A DNA stretch of 64,000 bases. It comes from Octopus sinensis. Lineage: Eukaryota. The DNA is taken from contig NC_043005.1 in the NCBI RefSeq assembly GCF_006345805.1, forward strand, positions 60,884,001 through 60,948,000, written 5' to 3'. The notes below the pieces were generated by a model that saw only the letters and a list, made by a program, of their open reading frames with translations, ran no database searches and had not been told where the DNA came from. Shown in pieces: positions 37,729 to 50,689 of this stretch. The position numbers were made by a program, and so were the translations under genes. Each line of letters begins with the position of its first letter. Positions within the stretch are counted from its first letter, which is position 1.

Positions 37729-38739
37729 CATTATATATATATACACATACATATATATATATACATTAATAATAGTAAAATGACAGCAAAAGAATGAATG
37801 AGACCTCGATATTATGTAAACAGATGAATTTATATATATATATGTATATATATATGTATATATATATATATATATACATATGCGACTCTATGTGTGTGTG
37901 TGTGTATATGTGTGTGTGTTCGCGTGTGTATGTATGTATGTGTACGCATACATACACATCATGCCTAAATTATCGCCTAAAATTTGAATCTTTACACCTG
38001 TAGGCGAAAATTGAAGCTGCTGTACCATAAGTATTATGTCAGCAGTGGCATTGTACGTGATATTGAAAATATATACTGGGAAAAAGAATTTATTACACCA
38101 ATATTACCAATGATTATTCAAGATGTACGTAAGAATACACTTCTTACCAACTATATATGGATGTGTTATTCTAACGAATATTTACCCTCGAGGTGCTGCT
38201 CATGTGTTCCATACTTAACCAGCTATAATCATAAAATTTTGGCGAATCAGTGTACTGTTCTTGAATGCTGAACTTCTCTTTATAATTTGAAAATTCAATG
38301 CAGTTTTAGGCTATCAATATTAAAATGAAAATGATAAATACAATGGATAAAAATGGATTCGTGAGCATTATTTATGCATACAAAATGTTATTGATATTTG
38401 ATATGATTTTAAATTACAATTGCATTTCAAATACAAGACTTCAGTAACACCCTATAAAATCACACTGTTCTTCATACACGATACTGAATAAATCTTAATA
38501 ATCACCTGCGTGAATGATATTATCATATGAATCCCCTTCATCACTACTTTGAGTAATTATAGGTTGTAATCATTTACCGTTTCTTCATTATCCGTCACCC
38601 ACGGATAATTATCCTCTGTACTATCCAACGCATTAGAACTTTCACTTTATGAAATCCTTTGATCATAATACCAGTATTTATCTATCGTCTCATGGACCCG
38701 TGCACCAAATTATTTCTTTCTTAGGTAGCTTTTCTGAAA

Positions 38740-38900
38740 GCATGGCTGTGAGGTAAGAAGAAGCTTGCTTCCGAATCACATGATTTCGGTTCATGCTCAT
38801 TGTGTACCACCTTTGGTATGTGTCTTCTGCTATAGCCTCAGGTCGTCCAAAACTTTGTAAATGCATTTGATAAACGGAATCCGTAAGAAGCCTTTCGTAT
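38740..38900 (+). mobile_element. SINE family B, 5' part, diverged
   Basis: catggctgtgaggtaagaagaagcttgcttcc..gtgtcttctgctatagcctcagg..aaacggaatccgtaagaagcc. Confidence 0.7.
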
Positions 38901-39199
38901 GTATAGTATATATAATTCTAGCGACATATAATCCAAGCGGTTGCCGTGCTTGCTCTTATTAGTTAACAATGTTGGCTAGCCTCATATTTTCTGTTTTTAC
39001 TTTTGTGTTTTATATTCCACCTACATGATTGTTATTAAGAAACCCATTTTCATAAAGTTAAACACTACCGAATCACTATATATCTCCTGTACGGCATAAA
39101 TGAATTTGCTAGAAACCTCCAACAAAACGCCATCAAATCATGTGTTGCCTTCTTGTAGCAAAAAATATGGAAGATGTATTGGACACTATCGCATATATA

Positions 39200-39548
39200 G
39201 TATATATAATCCTAGCGCCGTATAATCCTAGCGGGTACCTTGCTTGCTCTTATCGGGTAACAATGCTAGCTAGCCTCAGTGAATGTAGATGGACTGCAGT
39301 TAGTTGAATTTACTCTACTAGGTTAATCCTCACTTTGGTAAATCCAAATGTCCTTATAAAGACCCCATATTATTCCTTCAATAGAGAAGAAATAATAAAT
39401 TAATATACACAAGAACAGAGATTTACATATCCAGGTTTTATTATCCAGTTAATCGCATCTTTCTTTGTCAGTACCCAAAAAAGATGTGCTTAACTGTATA
39501 ATAATACCTGGATATGTAAACCCCTCTTCTCCTGATATTTATTAATTT
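39200..39548. repeat. Dispersed repeat family D, copy 2 (partial third 5' end at ~38920-38990)
   Basis: Collinear with 25510-25805. The hairpin arms are retained, with a longer loop (gcatc...gatgtgc). Confidence 0.75.
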
Positions 39549-39551
39549 ATT

Positions 39552-39587
<36 letters not shown>

Positions 39588-39588
<1 letters not shown>

Positions 39589-39723
39589 CGAGAGGGTGCT
39601 GAAGAGTTCCTGGCTTTAAAGTTTTTGCGAAAGTGTGTGAATCCGTTGAATAAATATCATAATTAACTGATATTCCTGTATTGCCTTTTACCCAATGCTA
39701 TGGACTTTTCTGTACCCCTCGTA
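39588..39723. mobile_element. Short mariner-derived MITE
   Basis: Left acgagagggtgctgaagagttcc, right ggacttttctgtacccctcgta: degenerate TACGAGGG-type mariner TIRs. Confidence 0.5.
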
Positions 39724-39744
39724 CAACTGTGTGCGCGCGCGTGT

Positions 39745-39950
39745 GTGTGTCTATGTTGTCGTCGCCACCGCTTGTCAACCAGTGTTGGATTGTTGTTTCT
39801 ATTGCCCAGCAGTTCGGCAAAGAGTCCAATAGAATAAGTACCAGGCTTTAAAAAAGTATTGGGGTCGATTTATTCCACTAAATATTATTCAAAGCGGTGT
39901 GTCAGCAATGGCCGCAATCTAATGACTGAAACTGATCAAACAAAAATTAT
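39745..39950 (+). mobile_element. SINE family B, 3' half, diverged
   Basis: gttcggcaaagagtccaatagaataagtaccagg..aatggccgcaatctaatgactgaaac. Confidence 0.7.
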
Positions 39951-40059
39951 ATATTTTGTTAGCTTCAGGGATTGTACTTTTTCCATCTCAAATGTTTCCA
40001 AGAATCTACTTCGTATAGAACCATCTTTCTCCAAAGGTGGCCAGGTGCAAAGCTGGTTT

Positions 40060-40265
40060 GCTCATTCTTGCTTCTTGCATTGTCTAACGATTCTTCGATA
40101 TTTTGCCCTCCAGTCTCTTGCAAGTTCCGTCGCACTACGGAATGCTCTTGTTGCTACATAGTTAGATATTTGTCATTTCGGCAACTTCTATAACATTCAT
40201 TTCGAATGTGGCTGGACATTTTCAGATCTTTTAGTTCTTCTTCTGCAAGAATTTCTATCAAAAAT
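40060..40265 (-). mobile_element. Possible Dong/R4-like LINE remnant
   Basis: ATELARDWRAKYRRIVRQCKKQE loosely resembles the R4/Dong segment preceding the KP.HG motif. Weak. Confidence 0.3.
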
Positions 40266-41694
40266 TACATAGTATTTAAAAAAAAACAATACGACATAAG
40301 TATAGGTTTTAAGTATATTACAGAACTACGAAAAGTGTCCTACCAAATGAGACTGCGACTCGACTTCACATGACTTTTACAAAGTCGGGTCTTTCTGCTC
40401 AATGAAGTCAATAAATAGAAATAACACACAGTAATATCACTGACGTAATTGCGTTGAAAGGTATTGTATTTCATCGTTTATCTGATAACAATTATTAGAA
40501 TACTTCACAGTCTTGCTTACATATATAAACTGTAGTGTGATGAAGCATTGTCTACTATTAAGTGATGCCAATTCAGTGTTATGGTAATTATAGTCAATTA
40601 TACGGGTGTACCTTTTGTAAGAGATGATAATGTTGCGTATTATATCACATTAATTACACTATAGAAATTACTGTGCTTCCTTGATAATGAACTCCAGAAA
40701 TATATAACAGTGTTTGTACAAATTGTACATCTAATGCATGGTAACATTGGAGAGTTAATTTTTGTCGTGTTATATACACGCAGGATAATCAATGGACGAA
40801 CGAATGTTGACCTGTTACTTTAAAAAAAAAAACCTGTGTCCACTTTTATAAGAGGTACACGAAAAACACTTAAATTTGTAGCCAAAAAAATAGGATCGAA
40901 TTTTACGCGAGATCAAACCTGTATTGGAGATCAATTTATGTTGAAATATGTAAGATGCATAAACACAAGCAGGCGCGCGCACACATGCACTCTGGCAGAC
41001 ACACACACACATGCACACACTTCACACACTCATGGCTGTACACACATAAACGCAAGAATATATCAGCCGAGTGGCATTGACAAAATACTAAACAATATGA
41101 CTAAACACTAACCATACAAAGGAACCTGTTCGCAATTTTTTTTATATTTTTAAATTAGCAACCATTTATATTAATAACTATGGAAGACTGGTGGGAATAT
41201 CATCTGCCTGGACTTCAAAGGCTAGGTTTCTATTTATTTAGATAATTTAAGAGTATTAAATTTACTTATTGAATTAACTTACCGATACTGATTTGTACAT
41301 AAAAAAATGTGTTTCTTTGTTGTATTTTAATTAATAATGTTAGCATTTAATCCTTCCTAGAATTAAGAAAGAATGAATGTGGTGATATCTAAGGTATGTT
41401 TATTCCCAAACAACATTTATTTTAGTGCTGTTGACACCACCGGACCGAATGGTACTGCACAATTGTCGAAACCATAGTGACATCCGTGAGGCAGCTGATG
41501 ATGGAGGCATGATGTATTGTTGGCATGGCTGTTATTCTATGTTGGAATAGATTCATAAGACATCAATTTGATATATATTGTCTGCACATTATTATTTGTA
41601 GCGTTATCTACTTCGCGTTCCACATTATTAAATATTTATATATTTCACTATTATGCAAAACTATTGTTTTTCCTGTGTCATCACATTTTTATAT

Positions 41695-41714
<20 letters not shown>

Positions 41715-41731
<17 letters not shown>

Positions 41732-41960
41732 AATTAAAATGAGAATGTCTGTGTCTGTCGGTATGTGCGCATCACTACAACTCGAGTACTACCCAACCAA
41801 TTTCATTCAAATTTTACACATACACTACCTAAGGTGCATGGAGTGTCCTGCAGCAAAATATTTTCAACTTCTTGCAAGCCTGGAGCAATCTCTTAGAGCG
41901 TTTCGGTATTACGTGTCAGTGTGAAACAATAACATCTCTATTGTAATGTGAGATAATATT
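41715..41960 (+). mobile_element. Possible Helitron-like 5' region
   Basis: (TA)n-aagaattaaaatgagaatgtctgtgtctgtc..ccaatttcattcaaattttacaca resembles non-autonomous Helitron 5' ends. No CTAG 3' end was identified. Confidence 0.3.
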
Positions 41961-42050
41961 TTCACTGTGTCTACTATATATACGTAGTAAAACTATTATA
42001 TAACGTTACATGTATACATGCATACATACATACATATATAGATACAATGT

Positions 42051-42136
42051 AGGCGGCGAGCTGGCAGAAACGTTAGCACTCCGGGCGAAATGCTCAGTGG
42101 TATTTCGTCTGTCGTTACGTTCTGAGTTCAAATTCC
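42051..42136 (+). mobile_element. SINE family A head only (to the B-box)
   Basis: aggcggcgagctggcagaaacgttagcactccgggcgaaatg..gagttcaaattcc, then an abrupt junction. Confidence 0.88.
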
Positions 42137-42330
42137 TGCAATAGCTTGGGATTCCTGGGTTCACAGCTATTCAAATCCTTGCCAAAACATCTGAGGGGCC
42201 GCCATGGAGGGAGAGTAGATGTTTTCAAGAAACAACTTGATCTCTTACTGTCCAGGATTCCAGGAAACTCAAAACAAGGCAGCAGTATCGAACTCTCTCC
42301 TTCAGTAGAAGCCAAAACTTTAGAATAGGA
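42137..42330 (+). mobile_element. CR1/L2-like LINE ORF2 C-terminal fragment
   Basis: CNSLGFLGSQLFKSLPKHLRGRHGGRVDVFKKQLDLLLSRIPG matches the G..LFN.LP..LR......FK..LD..L C-terminal motif. Confidence 0.8.
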
Positions 42331-42951
42331 CCACATATTCATGCCTGGGACGGGAAACTGCAATAAAAAGAGCAGCAGCTCTGCGACAATTTGCTTAAGA
42401 CCACTTTGGAATGAAATGTATAGGATCAACAAGATATTTAGTATGAATGAAATTTTGGCGAATTACTGAATATCCTTTACGTAAACCTGTAAAAAATTTA
42501 ATACATCGAGCGGTTACATATTGAGAAAGAAATTTGTACAAACAGATATATTTATATACATTTTGTTTACTTTATATTTATAGAATCCTACAGGCACGAC
42601 AGGTGGGTTTGCATTGTGATTCTCATTTTCTTTCATTTGTTTAAGTATCGCGTGTATCAGATAGAGTTGGAGACGAAGAATTGTTTTTTACTTGCTACAT
42701 AATATCACCCTCTTTCGTCTTTTTCTTTCCTCATAAACATTTACGTGTGCCTACAATAATAAAAATACACACACATACACACACATTCAAACATACGTAA
42801 GCACAAATGAAACCACAGTTACACCTATATAAATGCACATATTCGTGTGCCTGTGAGGTTTCTTATTGCATCATGTATATATATACATATATATATATAC
42901 ATACATACATACATACTACATACATACATACATACTACATACATACATACA

Positions 42952-43008
<57 letters not shown>

Positions 43009-43837
43009 CCTTAGCATTTCTTCTTCAATTAATTTTGACACAAAATAATTGTTTCATGCCTGCGCAACAAACATGTATAACGTTCCGGCATCCGACAACA
43101 TTCGTGTGAGCACTTCATGATTTAGGAAAGAAAACTGAACTAAACACATGCAAATAATATCGAAAATAACAGGCTTCATGTTGATAAATAAATAACAGAA
43201 AAGAGAACATAAATAGATACTAAACACTGTTTACATTCCTGCTTAATTTTATTTTCCATGTCATGTATCTAAAAGTTGTTTTTCATCACGCGGACACAGT
43301 ATTCCGTCTCCCTTTATATATTAGTGTATCTTCCTAGAATGAATCTTGCTTCGTCAAACACGTGAAGTTGTATGCTATATCCATAATAGTATTTGAAAGA
43401 AATACGACATGCGAACGAAACGTTTTACGACTATACAATACGACAGTCGTGAAGTAGCTAATGGAGTTCCCTCCTATACTATTACATTTTGTATACCCAT
43501 ATTTTCTGTGTGCATTCAGAGATTCCAGTTGTTAGACTGGTTATGTTTCACTCCATCATCTTTTACTAAGCGTAAAACCTTGCGTTTCCTTCTCGCTCAC
43601 CGTGTCATAATAAGAATTACTTTTCTTAAAGATTTTATTGTGCATTTCATTTACTTAATATCATTAATTTGAGATACATCATTATGTGTTATGCATATTG
43701 CTACCATTTCCTACTTCAAATAATTATAATATTATTTGATAAAACTTTACTGAGCTAAGACATACTTCTGATGCTTGGGATATTCAGTCATTCGAGGCTT
43801 CACATCTCTGGGTGTGTGTGCGCGCGCGCGCGCGCGC

Positions 43838-43869
<32 letters not shown>

Positions 43870-44399
43870 AAGAGATCTGAATCCAAATACCGTCTTGGAC
43901 TAGTTGGGTCGGTTTAGCAATCAGCCGCCCGGTTTAGCAGCACCACCGTTCATCTTAGCTGTTTTAACAGTCGCCTCTGTAAGAAGCAGGGCTCCCTTTT
44001 TTGAGAAAATCTTCTTTCCCCTTCTCACAGCCTCAGAGACCCTGCGACAAGTCATTCAAACTGCTTTGACACTTGACTGTAAAGTTAAACGACTCTCTCG
44101 GCAGTCATGTTTGTGAACTCACAGCATGCAGGCATACAGACTGTGAATCTCATGCGATAACGATTCTAATAAATACAACAAACTGAACCACACAGATACA
44201 GATACAAATTTGTCAATTTTCTTGATGCCTGCTTTTTTTTTCAGAAACAGTTTATTATATTGGTGAACGGTCAACGGCATTGGAGAGCATAAAACTTAAA
44301 ATTGTACCTGAGAAAGAGTTAACTGCCATGGAAAAATGGAAGCCATCTGAATACTAGAAGAGAATTTACTTGAATCATGCGGATTCAGGCGGGATATCA

Positions 44400-44935
44400 A
44401 AATGATGACTGAAACTCATTGAGGTGTGGACACTGTAGAGTTAGTAAGACGTGATATGGACATCATGAAAACCACGTATCTCCAAACCCTGATGATTTTT
44501 TGGAGTGTCTTCAGTGACGGTGACGTCATGTTGCCTAGGTACTTTAAAGTCATGCTGCCTAGGTACCTAAGGTTCAATTCAGATGTTTATATGAAGTTGC
44601 TGGAGAGTGTGATCTAACCCTGATTGAAGAGGATTACTGCTAGTAGGCTGTATGTGTGCCAGTTGGATACGGCTCTTTGCCATAGCTGAAGAAAAGTCAG
44701 AAGTGATTGTTGGAGAATTTCTACATCACCAGCCTCAGTTTCTGGCTCATAATTCCCTCAGCTGTTCTCCCATGGATTACTATGTGTGGGGCACTCTACC
44801 TGCAACACCAAAGCCGAGCTGGTGAGCAAGATCAAGGGTGTGTTTGAAGGTCATTCCAGTGATACTATGAGAAAGAAACGCATGCACCAGGTACGGGCGA
44901 AGGCTTGAGGCTGTGACGATTACTTCGAGTAAACT
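44400..44935 (+). mobile_element. Decayed maT-like (DD37D-type) Tc1/mariner transposase
   Basis: IMKTTYLQTLMIFWSVFSDGDVM..LRFNSDVYMKLLESVI..., then HNSLSCSPMDYYVWG and CNTKAELVSKIKGVFE..RLEAV, with stops and frameshifts. Exact D-D spacing could not be counted. Confidence 0.8.
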
Positions 44936-45759
44936 CTTATCTTCCATCCATAACCTAGTCAATAGTTTTCGATGCTTTTAAATACTTTTATTTTTGGATG
45001 GTATATTGTCTTTTATTTTCCCTTAATGCAGGCTAATCAAATTTAATCCTAACACACTTTATCAGTCCTCCACTAAATATTCTTTGACAATGAAGGTTGT
45101 CTCTTGCTACACTTGTTGTTTCAGATTATAAGATAATCTAGTGATGAAATAAAGCTTTGTATCCTTGCGACTCTCTGACAAAAAAGCAGATATCCATCAC
45201 ATATTCGTGGAAACATGAACGATTCAAAACTCACCCCTATGAAACAGTCTGAACTTAAATAATGTGTGTGAATTAAAAAAAATATATGAAATATTTTTGC
45301 ATTATTTCTTTAAGTAGATATTGTAATACAAATTAAGCTTAAAATAGAATAGGTGGAGTAATATATATTTCAATTAAAATACATACCTGAAACACTCCGA
45401 AAATAAAGTAAACAAAATTGATTGAATAGAATGTGTATCCACGATAAGAACAATTAGGAAAAGAATTGTAATATGTGAGGAGAATTCATCTAATGAAAAT
45501 GTTCTGCTGACAATGATACGGACAAAAGAAATGAATATATATTTAGTGCTAATCTTTGTACAATGAGCAAATGTGTAATTACAGAGCAGGATGGAGTTAA
45601 TGTAGTTTGTACGTGTTTTTTCTTCGTTGTGAGTGAGTGTTTATGTATCTAAGTACAAACATGCACATAAGTATGCAAGCTCTCAAATACACACACATAT
45701 ATGCTCACGCATGTGTGTGTGGGGGCGTGTGTATTTATGTAAATAAACATATATAATGG

Positions 45760-45990
<231 letters not shown>

Positions 45991-46239
45991 ACAAACTATT
46001 CGATAGAGGTGTATGTACGTATGTGTGAAAGAAATAGTTGTCAAATATAAAAATATTTTCGAGAAATGTTCAATTAAAATACCTAATACCCGTTTTTCAG
46101 ATTCACATGTTATGTATGTATATATGAGATGCTATATACATGCTGGCACTGTGTCGGTTGCGACGAGTATTCCAGATGACCCGATCAAAGAAACAGCTTA
46201 CTTGTGAAATTAACGTGTATGTAGCTGAGCACTCCACAG

Positions 46240-46400
46240 ACACGCATACTCTTAATGAAGTTCTCAGGGAGTTTCAGCATGACACAAAATGTGACAATAC
46301 TGGCTCTTTGCCAGCTGAATGGACTGGAGTAAACAAAGTGGCTTGCTCAAGGAAACAACTGCGCGGCACCTTGGGCAAGTGTCTTCAACTGTAGCCTCGG
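46240..46400 (-). mobile_element. SINE family C fragment abutting a family B fragment
   Basis: gttctcagggagtttcagcatgacacaaaatgtgaca..gccagctgaatggactggag..cttgctcaagga is homologous to 55455-55560. Confidence 0.65.
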
Positions 46401-48299
46401 GCTGACCAAAGCCTTATGAGTGAATTTGTATGTATTTGTATCAGTGTTTCTACCCCTCCCTCTCACACCACATGAAAACCGGTGTTGGTGTATTTACAGC
46501 CTTCATCACCAGTTTAGAAAAGATCTTACATTTCATATCTTAATGCAGAGAAGTTAAAAAATGAAATGATTAAATGTAAAGAGCTAGCTGTATTAGAGAG
46601 GAGTCGGTGAAGTTATGGGGGGGGGGTATTAAGACAGGAAATGGTGAGAGGAGAAGGATAGTTCAAGAAGAGTCAGGGGTTAATAAAGTGAGTACTAAGG
46701 AAGGTAGGAGTAGAGGTGAAGATTAAGATGATGAATAGGAGGGTAGTGCAAATAGTATTTGAATGATAGTCAGTTGCGCTAAGTTTGTTGAAGTTTAGGA
46801 ATAATAGCTATATAATTTTTGGAAGTTGAAATAGTGAGAAAAAGAATGGTAATTATTTGAGGGAATTAAAGTGTCTAGTTCAGTGGCAGGGGTAGTTTAC
46901 TTAGGTATGAGAGAGGATAGAGGTAGTGGGGATGAGTTGGTGGTCAATATAGCAGGGGTTAGTGGAATAATGAATGTGGGTTGGTATTGGAAGGGGAGTA
47001 CTAATGTATGCCGATGAGTCTGAGGGAGGTGAATAGAGAGGGGATGTTGACAGTGGGGGGTATATTAACTACTTTTGATTGAAGAGGAGAAATAAGAGAA
47101 AGGAAAGAATACCTCCCATAAGAGTAGGAGGCTGTGAGAGAGGTGGGATGTAGTGGGCTAGAGGAATTTGTAACGGTAACAATGAGAAGGAATAGCTTAA
47201 TAAGAAGGGTGGTATTAGTTGAGGTGTTAAGTTGCTAGGCTGGCCATGTAGTACCTCAAATTCAATTTTCATTAAGGATATATATAGATATAGGATTACA
47301 TAGATTTAATAAAATGGGCAAATGATAAGTAGAAACTACGTTTACAATACAGTAATACACATGAGAATCATTACAGTCACCCTTTTATTTATAATATTGA
47401 GGATGTATCAAAAACACATTTATATAGATGAAGGGTACAGACGAATATATCGACCTAGATTTATGAATGTTACTTCAGTTTTTTATAAAGCCGGACTAGT
47501 GAAGACCAATGTATATCATTTTGGAATTTAGTTTTCAAATGTTAACGTGAGTAAAAAATCACAATATATCGTGAGCAGAAATCTTAGGATTATGCTTCTC
47601 AGAGTAAAACTGACTGATTTGTTTAGATAAAGATTATTGTGTGGTTCCATGTTTATTATTGCATCTGTGTCTGAATGGACTTGCTGGGTTGATTTTTTGT
47701 AATCCGTGATAGGTTTTTGCTGCAGAGAGAATTACATTGCTACGCTCGTCTAACCTAGATATAACATGGAGTAATATTTGCATTATAGCAGAGCCTGTTA
47801 GAAATACCCAACAAATTCGATTAAAACTACTTATCTATGCATATATTTGATTATATAATTTATTCAACTACCAGTCAATATCTCTTGAAGTAGTTTAGCT
47901 AATACACACAAATTATATATCACCCACTCAAATATATAACAAACATTGATAAATACAAACCAAGATTTCCAACAAAAACTATTAAGATGGTCATGGTTGT
48001 TGCGCTTCTGATCATTAGTCCGTTTAATAAAGGCTGGTGTAGGATTAATCGGCAGTAAGCTACTGAAATATCCCCTTACGGATATATTGGACGTTCAACA
48101 ACAACAAAAAAATTATTCCGTACGTTTTTATATTCTGTACGTTTAACAACAAAACATTATATTCCGAGACAAATTTTGGAGAACTATTTACCTTACGTAA
48201 AGTTGCAAAAATCGTAGTAAACATCAAGTCCTGCCATTATGAAAACTGAGAAAAAATGTGTATCCAAATGTATATTTACGTGTCTTTTCTGCACTTTAC

Positions 48300-48780
48300 T
48301 TTTATGTAATCAGGTAGAATATTTTTATCCGAGTCCCATTTTCTTTTCTTCGACGCGTCTGGTGCAAAACATAGAATTAATCACAATGTTGTAGTTTTTT
48401 ACCTACTTTCTGTCCGTCACTGACCACTATGGGAACAAACTTTGCACATATTTTATGCATGTTCTGATCTCTATACAGTTGCCACATCAACTCCAAGCTT
48501 ACTGTCATTATAGATACACGACGGTCTTCATCTAGAAAATTCAGAATTTTCTCAACCAGCTCTTGATGTACCTTTCCCTCGCACGACTATCATCGTTTCT
48601 CACCTTCATTGCCCCCGTCGTTGAAGCCACTTGTGTCAGCGAGAAACAGATACTGGGCTCATGTAAGTTAATCCATACGTGGTCTGGAGTATTTCATAAG
48701 TTTCTGTAGCGTTCTTGCCTTGTTTAACAGAAAAAAAAATATTGCATGGTGAAATTCCAGATTGGCTTCACGTCTCGACT
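48300..48780 (-). mobile_element. Decayed mariner transposase, N-terminal DNA-binding half
   Basis: VKQGKNATETYEILQTTYG...ELVEKILNFLDEDRRVSIMT..GVDVATV..MHKICAKFVP matches mariner G.NA.ET, DRR.T and K..A.WVP. Confidence 0.8.
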
Positions 48781-49329
48781 ATATTCTCCAAACTAGTCGT
48801 CTGTGACAAGCAGTGATTAGCAGGATGTTTTCAAAGCGTTGTAGCAAGCATCCTATTCAATCTTGAATAAAACAAAATGTTGGTATGTTAGCTTATTAGA
48901 TGTATAATAGTAATAATCAAACGTTACAATAGTCTACTTCTAAAACAAAGTCTTAAACCTAGAATGCACCTCATACTAACATGCATACTTACATACATAC
49001 ATAAACATGTAGCACATATACATACATACATGCATGCATACATACATACATACATACATACATACATACATACATACATACATACATACATAATACATAC
49101 ATACATACATACATACATACATACATACATACATACATACCCTCTAGGTACAAACATCAACTGGAAATCTACGCTGAAAATGTGATATCGACAGGTGCTA
49201 CTTAAGAAGAGATAAAGGAGGTAGACTGAGATCAGTGCAGACAAGCTCTGAATGTTGCATAGTCTCTCTCAGACAGTACTAGCCAAACGACACTAGCAAA
49301 AAGAAATACATTAAATTTGTACTAAAGTG

Positions 49330-49900
49330 AAGAGAACAATATTCTACGTTTCAGCAGCAAGCTCGTCAGGAAGTACACTCGTGCTGATGATCTCTCTTAA
49401 AACCCCAAAACAGCCAGACTAACATATCTCAAGAAAGACTTGCACGTGAAATGTTCAGTATACCAATAAGTGATTATGCATGGGTATATTTCCCGAAGAA
49501 TCGAAGAAGACATTAATATTGACTCGAAGAGTAAACTCTCTTGGACACGTGACCTCTACATTACACTCTGAAGGATGTGCATTTGCAATCCAAGAAGAGA
49601 AAATTGTTAATATATATCTAATAGACAAAATAGACCGTGAAGCCCTCGGAGCTCCAAGACGCAAAAGAAAATGTTGATTATGTCGTATTTCTGCGATATT
49701 AGCAACTGCCCAAAAATGTCAATTCTATGCGACATGACCATATCGCAAAACCAATATACAATGTCATTCGGAATAAATGCGGAGAATTTCCCTGCTATTG
49801 AATACATACACAAACAACAACAACACAAGGAAGACTGAAAGAGCATTCCCATCAAACCATCTGCCAAGTATTTATACAACAGGTCGAATAGAAAATAAAA
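49330..49900 (+). mobile_element. Dong/R4-like (RLE) LINE, decayed C-terminal part with CCHC zinc finger
   Basis: MHGYISRRIEEDINIDSKSKLSWTRD/SEGCAFAIQEEKI..KC*LC/ISNCPKMS/MRHDHIAKPIYNVIRNK/IEYIHKQQQHKED*KSIPIK..YNR. Confidence 0.85.
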
Positions 49901-50104
49901 AGTATGTATCATCATAGAGGTCAGCTGTCATGATGATGTGAATATCTCTTTGAAAATCAAAGGGAAAGAAGATAACTATGGATAAATGCTTCAACACCTC
50001 CAACTTCTACGTTTACACCAATAATAATTGTTGCACTTGATTTTGTGAATAAATGCAAATCTGGATAGGCTAGAGTTTTCAGAAAAGGCAATCATCAAAC
50101 TCGC

Positions 50105-50142
<38 letters not shown>

Positions 50143-50294
50143 CGTGACCAAAATTTTGGAACATAAGTCTGAAAATTAGAATTTTTATATTAAGTGCTCA
50201 AAGTTATATTTGAATTGAATTGTACTTGCGCATAAAAATTATAATATTTTATTAAATATTGTAAACTTTGGGGCACAACTGCATACACACACAC

Positions 50295-50363
<69 letters not shown>

Positions 50364-50689
50364 CATACATGTCCATATACACATATCTATATCTATCGAT
50401 CTATATAAATGTATGAGTGGGTGGGCGCTTGTATTTGTTTATCCATTCATCTATTCATATTTCTTAAATTAGTCTGAGAAAATAATGTTTTCATATCTAT
50501 TCAACAAATGTAGCATGTAACAATATGCATTCAGCAATATTCGTGAAAACATGTTGTGATGCAATTAACATTAGAAGCACCGAGCGGTCATTTATGACTG
50601 CTTTTGCATTTCACTTTTCAAAATCTAGACTGTATTGAATGTGCAATAGTGAGCATCATTTCATTTACGTATGTCTATAAGGAATTTAT

